A stretch of 64,000 bases of DNA from a candidate division WOR-3 bacterium (GCA_039801725.1 JBDRVE010000004.1:6992-70991); one strand, 5' to 3'; numbered from the stretch's first letter, positions 39,414 through 49,178 are shown. Numbers and translations are program-made. The notes: generated by a model not told the origin, from the letters alone.

Positions 39414-39926
39414 TTAAAATAATACAATAATGTCATCGTTTACCTGATGTCTTTGAGGATCGTACCATTCGCCATCAGGACCAGCACTTTTTAATCCTAA
39501 AGTTTCACCATTTGGTCCTAAATAATACATAATCGGGGTACCCCAAGGATCATATAAAAAGGAGTGCTCAGGATCATCTCGTACATAGGGACCGTTCCAA
39601 CCTTTTTTAGTAAAAGGATTCCAAGCAGGTATCGATTCTTTTCCCGGATAGATAAATTCTCTTAATGTATCTGGACGATTTGTTGCTAATTCAATCAAGT
39701 GCCTCGGAAATCTACCAACATCCCCTTTAAATCCATAATCAACATAATTTGCGCCAACTTCACCAACTATCGCTTTCCTCAACTGATATAATCGATTTTT
39801 AACCACAGTAATTCGAGCATTCTGAGTTACTCGAGATACAATCGGAGGAACTAAAAAACTAATTAAAATGCCAATAATAAAAATTACTACTAATAATTCA
39901 ACTAAAGTAAACCCTTTATTTCTCAT
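39414..39926 (-). CDS. Type IV pilin / pseudopilin.
   Basis: RNKG|FTLVELLVVIFIIGIL N-terminal cleavage/methylation motif. 170 aa. Confidence 0.65.
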   Translation of the reverse strand: MRNKGFTLVELLVVIFIIGILISFLVPPIVSRVTQNARITVVKNRLYQLRKAIVGEVGANYVDYGFKGDVGRFPRHLIELATNRPDTLREFIYPGKESIPAWNPFTKKGWNGPYVRDDPEHSFLYDPWGTPIMYYLGPNGETLGLKSAGPDGEWYDPQRHQVNDDIIVLF

Positions 39927-39934
39927 AAATTTAA

Positions 39935-40471
39935 TTAATTATGCAAAACAAAAATTATCACTTCATCGTGTTCAGGATTATAACTTCTTATGGATTCACC
40001 GGCAATATTGAAACCAATTAACCCATAATTAGAAGGATATTGTGAACCTGGGGGATACCACATACCATATCTAATAGTACCAGGATCGTATCCCCAAACA
40101 TCATTAGGGCCGTCCTCTCTGGTATCAAAACAATCTTCTTTATTATCATAATCTTCTTCGTCAAAATCTTCCGGTGTTAATTCTTTACCGGTATAAGGAT
40201 TTGTAGGAAATTTTCCTAATTTCACTTCAAAAATTCCACCTGGGAAATAAGAACCATAACCATCTTCATAAAAATCCTCAGCGTAGTGCCCTTGCTCTAA
40301 ATGAAAGGTCTCAATAACAACTTGACAAAGATGCATATTAGCTTTAACTGCTGTCTGTCTGGCTCTTTCTCGCATTAAGTTGAAATTAGGTACTTGAAGA
40401 GAGATTAAAACACCAATTATAGTTATGACTATTAACAACTCCACTAATGTAAAACCATTTTTTTCCATCAA
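39935..40471 (-). CDS. Type IV pilin (candidate major pilin).
   Basis: MMEKNG|FTLVELLIVITIIGVL class III signal with Glu at +5. 178 aa. First gene behind a strong promoter. Confidence 0.7.
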   Translation of the reverse strand: MMEKNGFTLVELLIVITIIGVLISLQVPNFNLMRERARQTAVKANMHLCQVVIETFHLEQGHYAEDFYEDGYGSYFPGGIFEVKLGKFPTNPYTGKELTPEDFDEEDYDNKEDCFDTREDGPNDVWGYDPGTIRYGMWYPPGSQYPSNYGLIGFNIAGESIRSYNPEHDEVIIFVLHN

Positions 40472-40474
40472 ACA

Positions 40475-40503
40475 ATTATAATCTAATTTTTTTGTTATGT
40501 CAA
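40475..40503 (-). promoter_or_regulatory. Strong sigma70-type promoter for the pilin operon. The transcript is leaderless or nearly so.
   Basis: On the minus strand: TTGACA (40503..40498), 17-nt spacer, TATAAT (40480..40475). The predicted transcription start site falls on or next to the tandem ATG ATG at 40471..40466. Confidence 0.5.
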
Positions 40504-41064
40504 TAAATATAAATAAATGTGCTAGAAGGGTTATTAAGTTAATGGAATATCTTAATCACGAGAGAAAAATTTTTCGATAATTTTGTCTGGAAATATTATA
40601 AAAAATCTATTAAAGTTATTAGTGAGAAATTATTTGAAAAGATTGGCAGGAAATTATTAACAGGAGCAGTTTAAAGCTATTCTTTGTCCCATTTTAGGGA
40701 TTGTTAAAAAAATCATTTTGAAAATTGGTGTTATTTCTTTCTCCAAACCTTTCTCTTTAGATCTTCTCTTGCTTTTTCAACGGTGTTTAAAACTTCGGCA
40801 CAAGAATTTTAGATAAAAAGCAATAAAGCAAAATTTTTATCATCATTATGATATGTTATAGCAAAAATATAATAATTGTAAAAAAAGCAAGGATATTAAT
40901 GTGAAAAGTGCTTTCATTAATTTTTCGATTATTTAAACTTATGTAATTTTAGCATGTACTTAAAATTGAAGTTTTAGCAATCTATTTATAATCATTTAGA
41001 AAGATTATTTTAATAACTTTTTGATAACAAGTGAATACCAAAGCAAGAAAATAGTTAAGGTTAT

Positions 41065-42177
41065 CTAAAAATTAATAAATTTATTAACAAAAAAATTAAA
41101 AAAGGCACCGAAAATGATTATATAAAAAGGATCTAAATTTGTTAGAATTAAAAGAGAAAAAATTATCAAGAAGAAAATAGTTGACCACCAATTACTAAGG
41201 ATTTTTAAAAAGAAAAATAAACCTGTTTGAAAAATAAATCCAATTATCGCTGGTTTGACGCCAAATAAAAAACTTCGAATATAGAAGTTCTTTTCAATTT
41301 TTTGATAAAGTTTTATCGCAAAATAAAGCATTATTGCTGAGGGCAAGAAAATTGCAATGGTAGCGATAATACTACCTAAAATACCTTCTAATCGATAACC
41401 AATGAAAGTAGCAATAATTGCTACCGGTCCAGGAGTAATTTGGCTAATGCTTATCCCAATAAGAAAATCCTTTTCTGAAAGATAGTTACGAAAATCAACA
41501 AATTCCTGCTTAATAAAAGGAATTGCTGCGTAACCGCCTCCAAAAGTTAAAGCACCGATTTTAAAGAAAAGAATAAATAGTATAAATAAAGAAGCAAAAG
41601 AAAATAGAAAATTTGAGGGCTCTTTATTTTCTAACCCTTTTACTAATATTCCCAAAAAACCACAAATAATTATTATAAAAAAAATTTCTACTTTTAAACT
41701 TATTAATAGAAAAGCTAAAATAGTAATTATTATTGAAAAAATAATATCTCTCGTTTCTTTATTTCTAAAAATATATTTTGCTAAAGCCACTCCTCCTGAA
41801 AACAAAATTGCGGGAATTACCGGTGATAAACATTTATAAACTTTTTCAATTAAACTCAACTCTTGGTAACGAAAATACAAAATGCTTAAAATTAAAGTGA
41901 GAAAATAAGCAGGTAATAAAAAAGAAACCACTGAGATAACCATCCCTTTAATCTTTCTTAAAGAATATCCGATAAATTCTACGTAGTTGGGCACAAAAGG
42001 ACCAGGAAGCATTTGACCAATCGCGACAGCAGTTAATAACTCTTCATCGCTAATCCATCTTTTCTTTTTCACGCAATATTCTCTTATTAAGGACAACATT
42101 GCTATACCTCCACCAAAACCTATAAACCCAATTTTAAGAAAAACCATTGCTAATTCTTTGAGACTAACCTTTTTCAT
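41065..42177 (-). CDS. chrA: Chromate transporter ChrA (CHR family, two-domain).
   Basis: LKIGFIGFGGGIAMLSL in the first half and FKIGALTFGGGYAAIPF in the second. 370 aa. Confidence 0.8.
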   Translation of the reverse strand: MKKVSLKELAMVFLKIGFIGFGGGIAMLSLIREYCVKKKRWISDEELLTAVAIGQMLPGPFVPNYVEFIGYSLRKIKGMVISVVSFLLPAYFLTLILSILYFRYQELSLIEKVYKCLSPVIPAILFSGGVALAKYIFRNKETRDIIFSIIITILAFLLISLKVEIFFIIIICGFLGILVKGLENKEPSNFLFSFASLFILFILFFKIGALTFGGGYAAIPFIKQEFVDFRNYLSEKDFLIGISISQITPGPVAIIATFIGYRLEGILGSIIATIAIFLPSAIMLYFAIKLYQKIEKNFYIRSFLFGVKPAIIGFIFQTGLFFFLKILSNWWSTIFFLIIFSLLILTNLDPFYIIIFGAFFNFFVNKFINF

Positions 42178-42817
42178 CTTTTAATTTTGCCATTTTTGCC
42201 TTATTATGAACATATCTTAAAGGTTCAGGAATACGAAAATTTCTACAACAATTGATAATGACTTCTAACGCTTTTTCTTTAGTAATCAAATTTCCTGGAG
42301 AAACATAGATTGGTTTTGTCTTTGCTCGGGATCTTAACACAAAGCCAAAAACTTCGTCATTAAGAAAAACGGGTAAATAGGAAAATCTATCCTCTTTTAA
42401 ACTTCCTACTATTTCGCCAATCAATAAGGACTTAGCGACACCTATTGTTGGTTTATTAAGAATGACCCCTAAATGGGTCGCTATTCCGGCTTTCCGGGGA
42501 TGTAATATTCCTTGACCATCTACTAAAATTACATCGGGTTTCTTTTTTATTTGCTGGTAAGCTTTTATAATAAACTTTAATTCTCGATAGCTTAAAAATT
42601 CTGGTATATAAGGAAAATCAATTGTATCTTTTATAACAACCTCTTCTAAAATAGTTAAATCAGAATAATTAAAAGTAGCAAAACAAGCATACCCATAATT
42701 TGAAGAAAAAGCAACATCGCAGGCGCCAATAATTTTTATATTTTTTATTACATCAATTAATTTTACCTTTTGGGCAATTTTCTTTTGTTCTCTTTTTAAG
42801 ACTTCAATATTTATCAA
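42164..42817 (-). CDS. nfi: Endonuclease V.
   Basis: GACDVAF, YIPEFLSYRE, DGQGILHPRKAGIATHLGV and PTIGVAK align with the Nfi consensus. 217 aa. Confidence 0.8.
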   Translation of the reverse strand: MINIEVLKREQKKIAQKVKLIDVIKNIKIIGACDVAFSSNYGYACFATFNYSDLTILEEVVIKDTIDFPYIPEFLSYRELKFIIKAYQQIKKKPDVILVDGQGILHPRKAGIATHLGVILNKPTIGVAKSLLIGEIVGSLKEDRFSYLPVFLNDEVFGFVLRSRAKTKPIYVSPGNLITKEKALEVIINCCRNFRIPEPLRYVHNKAKMAKLKDEKG

Positions 42818-43536
42818 AGAGTAAAATATTGTTTCTCCAGATTAATTAGTTCTTCTATTCCTTTTTTTGCTAATTGAAAAAGTTTTAAAAAAGTTTCCAA
42901 AGAGAAAGATGCTTTTTCAGCTGTTGCTTGAATTTCAACAATTTTCTCGCTTCCTGTCAAAACAACATTCATATCTACTTCGGCATTAAAATCTTCTTCA
43001 TAATTTAAATCCAAAAGTATTTCGCCATTAACAACTCCCACAGAAATTGCTGCTAAGTAATCGATAATTGGATTTTTTTCTATCATTCCCATACGAAGCA
43101 TTTTTTTAACAGCATCCATAAGAGCAAAAAAACCACCGGTAACAGAAATCGTCCTCGTACCTCCGTCAGCTTGTAAAACATCACAATCCACATAAAGAGT
43201 GATATCTTTAAGAATTGATAAATCAATAACTGCCCTCAGAGAACGGCCAATAAATCTTTTTATTTCTTGAGACCGAGAATTTACTCGCAGGATTGTTGCT
43301 TCCCGTGGAATTCTTTGAGAAGTAGAACCAGGCAACAGAGAATACTCAGCTGTAAGCCAACCGCTCTCTTTCCCTAATAAAAAAGGTGGAACCTTCTTTT
43401 CATAACTTACAGTACATAATACAATTGTATTCCCAGCTTTTATTAAACAAGAACCTAAAGGATTTTCTAAATATCCAATGTTGACTTCAATTTTTCTTAT
43501 CTCATCATATCTTCTACCATCTTTTCTTATTACCAT
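42814..43536 (-). CDS. rph: Ribonuclease PH.
   Basis: MVIRKDGRRYDEIRKIEVNIGYLENPLGSCLIKAGNT... RNase PH/PNPase core. 240 aa. Confidence 0.9.
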   Translation of the reverse strand: MVIRKDGRRYDEIRKIEVNIGYLENPLGSCLIKAGNTIVLCTVSYEKKVPPFLLGKESGWLTAEYSLLPGSTSQRIPREATILRVNSRSQEIKRFIGRSLRAVIDLSILKDITLYVDCDVLQADGGTRTISVTGGFFALMDAVKKMLRMGMIEKNPIIDYLAAISVGVVNGEILLDLNYEEDFNAEVDMNVVLTGSEKIVEIQATAEKASFSLETFLKLFQLAKKGIEELINLEKQYFTL

Positions 43537-43538
43537 TG

Positions 43539-44321
43539 TTATTCTTGGGGCGCTACTCGCATAACTTTTTCTGGTGAAAAACCTAAAAAATTACGAGCAA
43601 TTTTTTCAAATTCCGGTGGAATATCGGTAAGGTAGATTATTAATTCTCCTTTTTCTTTTTCTATTTTTTTATAATCTAAAAAACCTACTATTGATCTAGC
43701 CAACTCTTCAGCAGAATCAACAACAGCAATTTTGTTTTTAAATATTTCTTTTATTGTTTTTTTTAATAAAGGGTAATGAGTACACCCTAAAAGTAAAGTA
43801 TCTATTTTCTCTTCTTTTAAAGGTTGAAGATATAACTTTAAAACTTCTTTAGTGATATAATGATTTATCCAACCCTCTTCCACCAACGGTACTAATAAAG
43901 GTGTTGGTCGAGCGATAATTTCTATCTCCTTATCATAATTTTTAAAAACTCTCTCATAAGCTCCTGATTTAATTGTGATGCGAGTACCAATCACACCAAC
44001 TCTTTTACTTTTAGTTTTCTTAATAGCGGCTTTTACTCCTGCTTCAATCACACCGATTATCGGCAAAGAAATTTTGCTCTTTACGTAATCAAGAGCAACT
44101 GAAGAAGCAGAATGGCAGGCAATAACAATTACTTTTACTTTTCTTCTCTTCAAAAAATTACAGGCAGCCAAAGTGTATTTTTTAATGATTTCCTCAGACT
44201 TTTCTCCATAAGGCAAATGAGCTGTATCGCCAAAATAAAGAATTTTAATTTCCGGCATTATTTTTTTTATCTCTTTTACTACGGTTAAACCTCCTAAACC
44301 TGAGTCAAAAACGCCAATCAT
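43539..44321 (-). CDS. murI: Glutamate racemase.
   Basis: IGVFDSGLGGLTV, ACHSAS and GCTHYP motifs. 260 aa. Confidence 0.9.
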   Translation of the reverse strand: MIGVFDSGLGGLTVVKEIKKIMPEIKILYFGDTAHLPYGEKSEEIIKKYTLAACNFLKRRKVKVIVIACHSASSVALDYVKSKISLPIIGVIEAGVKAAIKKTKSKRVGVIGTRITIKSGAYERVFKNYDKEIEIIARPTPLLVPLVEEGWINHYITKEVLKLYLQPLKEEKIDTLLLGCTHYPLLKKTIKEIFKNKIAVVDSAEELARSIVGFLDYKKIEKEKGELIIYLTDIPPEFEKIARNFLGFSPEKVMRVAPQE

Positions 44322-45682
44322 TTCTTTTGACTAATAAACCTCTTTATTCCTTCAGCAATACCTTTTGCTAATTTATCTTGATACCAATCTTTTATTAAAA
44401 GAGCTTCTTCTTTTCGGTTGCTTAAAAAACCACACTCGATTAACACCGCCGGCATGAAAGCACCTTTTAAAACATAAAACCCTGCCTGCTTAACTCCTCG
44501 ATTCTCGATATCCAGAACTTCACATACCGCATCCTGGATGGCGGCGGCTAGTTCTTGGGATTCTTTTAAAAATTCTTGTTGTGCTAAGTCCGCAAGAATA
44601 AAAGCTAAAAGATCATCGTTGACATCACTTTTAGTAATTTCGTATTTAATTACTTCATTCTCGGCTTGCGCTACAGCCCTTTCCCAATCACTCCTCGCTT
44701 CTGAAAGAAAATAGACTTCAAAACCACTAGCATAAGAATTTTTTTTTGGTGCCGAATTACAGTGGATACTGATAAATAAATCTGCTTTATTATCGTTAGC
44801 AATCTTTGCCCTTTCTGATAAAGAAAGAAAAATATCGCTATTCCTCGTTAAAATGACATCCAAGCCATATTTTTCTAAATACTTTTTTAACTTCCTAGCA
44901 ATCTTTAAATTTAAATCTTTTTCTTTCGTTCCCATTTTACCAATTGCCCCTGGATCTTTTCCGCCATGTCCCGGATCAATCACTACTAATTTTATTCCCT
45001 CTTTTAATCGAGGTAAAAATTTCAATACTACTACGCCTTTCTCTTTATTAATTCGAACATCGCATTCTTTTTTTAAATAAAATTTAATATTAAAACCATC
45101 CTCTTTTTTTATTTCATAACTTTTTAAATGCCCCAGCACCGGTAATTTATTAATTTGAGATTTAGCTTGAAAACTTATCTCATAGTCCCGATGGGAGGAA
45201 CTTTTGGTAGAAAAATAAGCCTCGGAATTTAAATAAAAAGTTATTATAGTGGTGTCCTTTTTTTCATAAACTTTGATTTGAGTAACTTCGGGCACAATAG
45301 ATTTTTTTTCTATTGGAAATTCCGGTTGAGGAATTTTTATTTTCTCTAAAATTTTTTCACAAGTAAACAAGGATAAAAAATAATTGTTTCCTATTTTTAA
45401 AACTGGATAAGGAACTTTTATTTCTTCAAAATTTATTTTTATCAACGGCTTTTCTAAATCAATAATTATTTCTGTCTTTAATGAATCATCAAAAATTAAA
45501 AAAACTTTGTTTTCAACAAACCAAGATTGTACGTTTAATCCTTTAATGAAATCGGTTAACAATAAATATTCTTTATCTTCAAAAACGATAGTTTCTGTCG
45601 TTTCGTTACCAACAATAATTTTTCGGGCAAAAAGAAAATTAAGAAATAAAAGGAATAAGAAAAAGGATTTTCTTATTACCAT
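44318..45682 (-). CDS. N-acetylmuramoyl-L-alanine amidase (Amidase_3) with an N-terminal targeting domain.
   Basis: VVIDPGHGGKDPGAIG, ADLFISIHCNS and GFEVYF motifs. Signal peptide. 454 aa. Confidence 0.8.
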   Translation of the reverse strand: MVIRKSFFLFLLFLNFLFARKIIVGNETTETIVFEDKEYLLLTDFIKGLNVQSWFVENKVFLIFDDSLKTEIIIDLEKPLIKINFEEIKVPYPVLKIGNNYFLSLFTCEKILEKIKIPQPEFPIEKKSIVPEVTQIKVYEKKDTTIITFYLNSEAYFSTKSSSHRDYEISFQAKSQINKLPVLGHLKSYEIKKEDGFNIKFYLKKECDVRINKEKGVVVLKFLPRLKEGIKLVVIDPGHGGKDPGAIGKMGTKEKDLNLKIARKLKKYLEKYGLDVILTRNSDIFLSLSERAKIANDNKADLFISIHCNSAPKKNSYASGFEVYFLSEARSDWERAVAQAENEVIKYEITKSDVNDDLLAFILADLAQQEFLKESQELAAAIQDAVCEVLDIENRGVKQAGFYVLKGAFMPAVLIECGFLSNRKEEALLIKDWYQDKLAKGIAEGIKRFISQKK

Positions 45683-46125
45683 TTATATTTATGATAATAC
45701 CGTTCTTCTCTTTTAAGTGCCCTTTCTCTTAATTCCTTTCTTTTATCAACAACCTTCTTCCCCTTTGCTAAAGCAATTTCAATTTTACACCTTCCTTTAT
45801 CATTAAAATAGACTTTTAAGGGAATTAAGGTATATCCCTTCCTCTCTATTTTACCGACCAATCTTTTTATCTCATTTTTATGAAGTAGTAATTTTCTTTT
45901 TCTTTTGGGATCGGGATTAAAAACGCTTCCTTTTTCATAAGGAGCAATATGGACATCTTTTAAAAACATTTCGCCATTTTCAATTGTACAATAACCTTCT
46001 TCAATAGAAATCTTACCTTCTCTTATTGATTTTACTTCACTTCCTTTTAATTCAATTCCTGCTTCGTATTTTTCTTCAATAAAATAATTATGAATAGCCT
46101 TTCGGTTTTGAGCAACAATTTTCAT
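45676..46125 (-). CDS. smpB: SsrA-binding protein SmpB.
   Basis: IAQNRKAIHNYFIEEKYEAGIELKGSEVKS and the C-terminal basic tail. 149 aa. Confidence 0.9.
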   Translation of the reverse strand: MKIVAQNRKAIHNYFIEEKYEAGIELKGSEVKSIREGKISIEEGYCTIENGEMFLKDVHIAPYEKGSVFNPDPKRKRKLLLHKNEIKRLVGKIERKGYTLIPLKVYFNDKGRCKIEIALAKGKKVVDKRKELRERALKREERYYHKYKW

Positions 46126-46140
46126 TCCTTAGAAATACTC

Positions 46141-46458
46141 TTATTTTTTCTTAGCTTTCTCCCGATTTTTGAGAAATTTTTCTTTTAACTCAGGATATTT
46201 TTTAAGATGCCAACGAATTACCGTTTCGCTCACAGCAATTTTATCTGCCAATTCTTTGATTGAACCTACTCCTTTATTAAGAAGTTTTTTAATTTTATCA
46301 TACGTACTTTCATCCTCAATCAAAAGAGATTTATAATGAACAAGATAATAAGCCTTTTTATAAGAAATCCCCAACCTTTCGGCTAATTTCGCTACGTTAA
46401 AACCAGCCTTCTCGTACTCTTTTTTAATTTTATTATAATCGAATTTTTCTTTTTTCAT
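46141..46458 (-). CDS. Small putative DNA-binding protein (two HTH-like segments).
   Basis: 105 aa. Two candidate helix-turn-helix segments: FNVAKLAERLGISYKKAYYLV and GSIKELADKIAVSETVIRWHLKK. First gene of the smpB-amidase-murI-rph-nfi-chrA string. Confidence 0.35.
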   Translation of the reverse strand: MKKEKFDYNKIKKEYEKAGFNVAKLAERLGISYKKAYYLVHYKSLLIEDESTYDKIKKLLNKGVGSIKELADKIAVSETVIRWHLKKYPELKEKFLKNREKAKKK

Positions 46459-47267
46459 AGTAATAAATTATAATAAAGAAATATATAAAATCAAGTAAAT
46501 ACAGAGTATAACTCTAAAATATCGTTGTTATTGGAATTTGATAAGTTCAAGTAGAAATACGCTTCTCATTGGCAATCTATATACTTCAGTTTCAATTTAT
46601 CAGACAAAGGTTGATATTATTCAAAGTAAAGATTATCTCGAACAGAGGGTCTCTGAGTAAGTGATACTATTCTTTTTAGAAACAAAAGAAAAATTTTCAT
46701 ATAAAATATTACTATTAAAAACTGACTCTTTCAAGTAAAAGCCAGGTATCTATTTATTAAGGTTTAAAACAGGAGATTAGGAAGCAAGAAAGAAATTTAT
46801 ATTGACGTAAGAAAATCAAGATAGAATATAAATACTTCATAAAACTGAAATCAATTTTTAGGAAATTATCTTATTTATCTTTAGAAACTAATATTGAGAG
46901 TTTATTCAATTCTTAATTCTAATTATTAATTAATATATCTTTCTTAACTCTCATTTTATCGATAATGAAGACTAAATACTATAATATCTCCTATACAGTC
47001 CCCTATCCAATAGAAAACAAACTCCTCCTGCTTTATTAAGGTAAATTTTAGAAAATATATTATTTAGTTATTAAATATAGAAAATAGACCGCGTTAAGCA
47101 CCTCCCTTTTAGGTTTATTTTCAATAACTTATCTAACGAAACTTTCAACATCAACTACTCCTTTTTTCCTTCTATATATAAGACGAAAAAATACCCCTTT
47201 AGGTTACCAGTTTTTTTAATTTTTATTAACTTGGTAAAACACGCGCTAACACATTTACTTTTTTCAT

Positions 47268-47296
47268 TTGACTTTTGTATTAAGTATTGATATAAT
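47268..47296 (+). promoter_or_regulatory. Sigma70-type promoter for the cytoplasmic hydrogenase operon. The transcript is near-leaderless.
   Basis: TTGACT (47268-47273), 17-nt spacer, TATAAT (47291-47296). The ATG at 47306 is only about 3 nt past the predicted transcription start site, with no Shine-Dalgarno sequence. Confidence 0.5.
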
Positions 47297-47305
47297 TTTT
47301 ATGTT

Positions 47306-48334
47306 ATGAAGGCTTATAAATTAAAAAAGGAATATTTAAAGGAATATCTAAAAAGTTTAGAAGACTTTGGAGAAGTTTGGGGACCGATAAAGAAAGGAGA
47401 TATTGATGTCTATGAAAAAATTAGTGATTATTCCCTATTAAATCTCAATGCCTTAAGACCTATTTTACCTTTAAAAAAATTTCTTATTCCACCAAAATTT
47501 AATACCTTCTTTTATACCAAAGATGGTAAATACGAAAATGCCTTAAAGGATGTTAAAAAAAGAATTATCTTTGGTGTCCATCCTTGCGAAATTCATGCTC
47601 TTTTAATTTTAGATCGATTGTATAAAGAAAGATATCCTGATTATTATTATTTAATCCATAGGAAGTCAACATTGATCGTTGCTCTTTCGTGTGTTCCTGA
47701 CGAAAAGTGCTTTGCTCGGTCCTTGAATACTCACTTTGTCGAAGAAGGTTTTGATTTAGGATTTACTGACTTAGATGATTACTATCTTGTTTGGGTTGGC
47801 TCTTCAGAAGGAGATGATTTATTACGTTGTCGTTTAGATCTATTTGAAGAAAAAATCACCTCTCAGGATTTAAATCGTTATATTGAATGGCGGAAGTGGC
47901 GAGATAATCAATACCAACTTAATTTAGACCTTACTGCGATGCCGGATATTATGGAATTAAGTTATGATTTAGAAATCTGGGAAGAAATTGGCGAAAAGTG
48001 TCTTTCTTGTGGAACTTGTAGTATGGTCTGCCCTACCTGTACGTGTTTTAATATTGCTGATTATTTAGGCATCGAAGATGAACCTGGAAAAAGGGAAAGA
48101 TTTTGGGATAGTTGTATGTTAAAAACTTTTGCCTTGGTTGCTGGTGGCTTTAACTTTCGTGAAAGAAGAGCAGATCGGGTAAAACTTTGGTACACTCATA
48201 AATTAAAAGCCTTCATTACCGAATTTGGCAAACCAGCATGTGTGGGTTGTGGTCGCTGTATCGCTAATTGTCCAGTGAATATTAATGTGACTGAAATAAC
48301 AAAAATTTTAAAAGGAGAGGGAGCTAAAAAATGA
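47306..48334 (+). CDS. Sulfhydrogenase beta-subunit-like (HydB/AsrA-like) iron-sulfur protein.
   Basis: Two 4Fe-4S motifs: CLSCGTCSMVCPTC and CVGCGRCIANCP. 342 aa. First gene of a four-gene hydrogenase operon. Confidence 0.65.
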   Translation: MKAYKLKKEYLKEYLKSLEDFGEVWGPIKKGDIDVYEKISDYSLLNLNALRPILPLKKFLIPPKFNTFFYTKDGKYENALKDVKKRIIFGVHPCEIHALLILDRLYKERYPDYYYLIHRKSTLIVALSCVPDEKCFARSLNTHFVEEGFDLGFTDLDDYYLVWVGSSEGDDLLRCRLDLFEEKITSQDLNRYIEWRKWRDNQYQLNLDLTAMPDIMELSYDLEIWEEIGEKCLSCGTCSMVCPTCTCFNIADYLGIEDEPGKRERFWDSCMLKTFALVAGGFNFRERRADRVKLWYTHKLKAFITEFGKPACVGCGRCIANCPVNINVTEITKILKGEGAKK

Positions 48335-49167
48335 ACGAAAATTTGTACCAACCTATTCCAATGAGAATTGTAAGAAGATATGATTTAATTGAAAATGTAC
48401 GTTTCTTCCAAGTAAGGCCGATAGATATTGAAAAAGCCTTAACTATAAACTACAAACCTGGCCAATTTATGATGATCTCTCTTTTTGGAGCTGGGGAAGC
48501 CCCTTTTTCTATTTCCTCCTCACCATCTCGTCCTGGTTTATTAGAATTTGGTATTAGGAAAATTGGTGTTCTAACAGAGCAACTGTTTAAATTAAAAGAG
48601 AATGAAATAATTCATATTCGGGGACCTTATGGCAATGGATTTCCAATTGAAAAAATGTATGGTTATAATCTAATTATTGTTGCTGGCGGTTTAGGAGCAG
48701 TGCCTTTGCGTTCTTTACTTTTGTATGCTTTAGATAACCGTGATTTATTTAAAAAGATCTATTTTCTTTATGGTGCCCGACGACCAAAGGAAATGTTATT
48801 TTTAAGGGAATTTTTAGAATTAAAAGAACGAGAAGATTTAGAATGTCTTTTAACAGTAGACAAAGATGATACCGGAACTTGGACCGAGAAAATTGGGGTG
48901 GTAACCGAACTTTTCAAATATTTAAAAGATATTGATCCGCAAAAAACCTATGCGGCAGTGTGTGGTCCGCCGATAATGTATCGATTTGTAATTGATAAAT
49001 TAGTAAGTTTAGAAATCCCTAAACACCAAATTTTAATGACCTTAGAGAGAAGGATGCGGTGCGGTATGGGAAAATGTGGACATTGTGTTATTGGTTCCAT
49101 TTATACTTGTGTTGACGGACCAGTTTTTACTTATTGGGATGTATTACATATGAAAGATTTAATATAA
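48331..49167 (+). CDS. Sulfhydrogenase gamma-subunit-like FNR-family protein (FAD/NAD(P)-binding plus a C-terminal [2Fe-2S] cluster).
   Basis: FNR-like beta-barrel and Rossmann halves (IIVAGGLGAVP) with a C-terminal CGMGKCGHC cluster motif. 278 aa. Confidence 0.7.
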   Translation: MNENLYQPIPMRIVRRYDLIENVRFFQVRPIDIEKALTINYKPGQFMMISLFGAGEAPFSISSSPSRPGLLEFGIRKIGVLTEQLFKLKENEIIHIRGPYGNGFPIEKMYGYNLIIVAGGLGAVPLRSLLLYALDNRDLFKKIYFLYGARRPKEMLFLREFLELKEREDLECLLTVDKDDTGTWTEKIGVVTELFKYLKDIDPQKTYAAVCGPPIMYRFVIDKLVSLEIPKHQILMTLERRMRCGMGKCGHCVIGSIYTCVDGPVFTYWDVLHMKDLI

Positions 49168-49178
49168 AATTTAAGAAT

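Noticed and set aside
46459-47305. Possible tmRNA (ssrA) gene adjacent to smpB.
   Set aside because: No GGGG...acceptor/T-arm-like GC-rich structured segment, no CCA-ending acceptor stem, and no tag-peptide reading frame (ANDENYALAA-like) found on either strand. The region is >75% AT.
49134-49178. Upstream start (MGCITYERF...) for the hydrogenase small subunit.
   Set aside because: It would overlap the preceding gene by 34 nt. The Met at 49179 gives a typical N-terminus directly before the GCAGD cluster motif.
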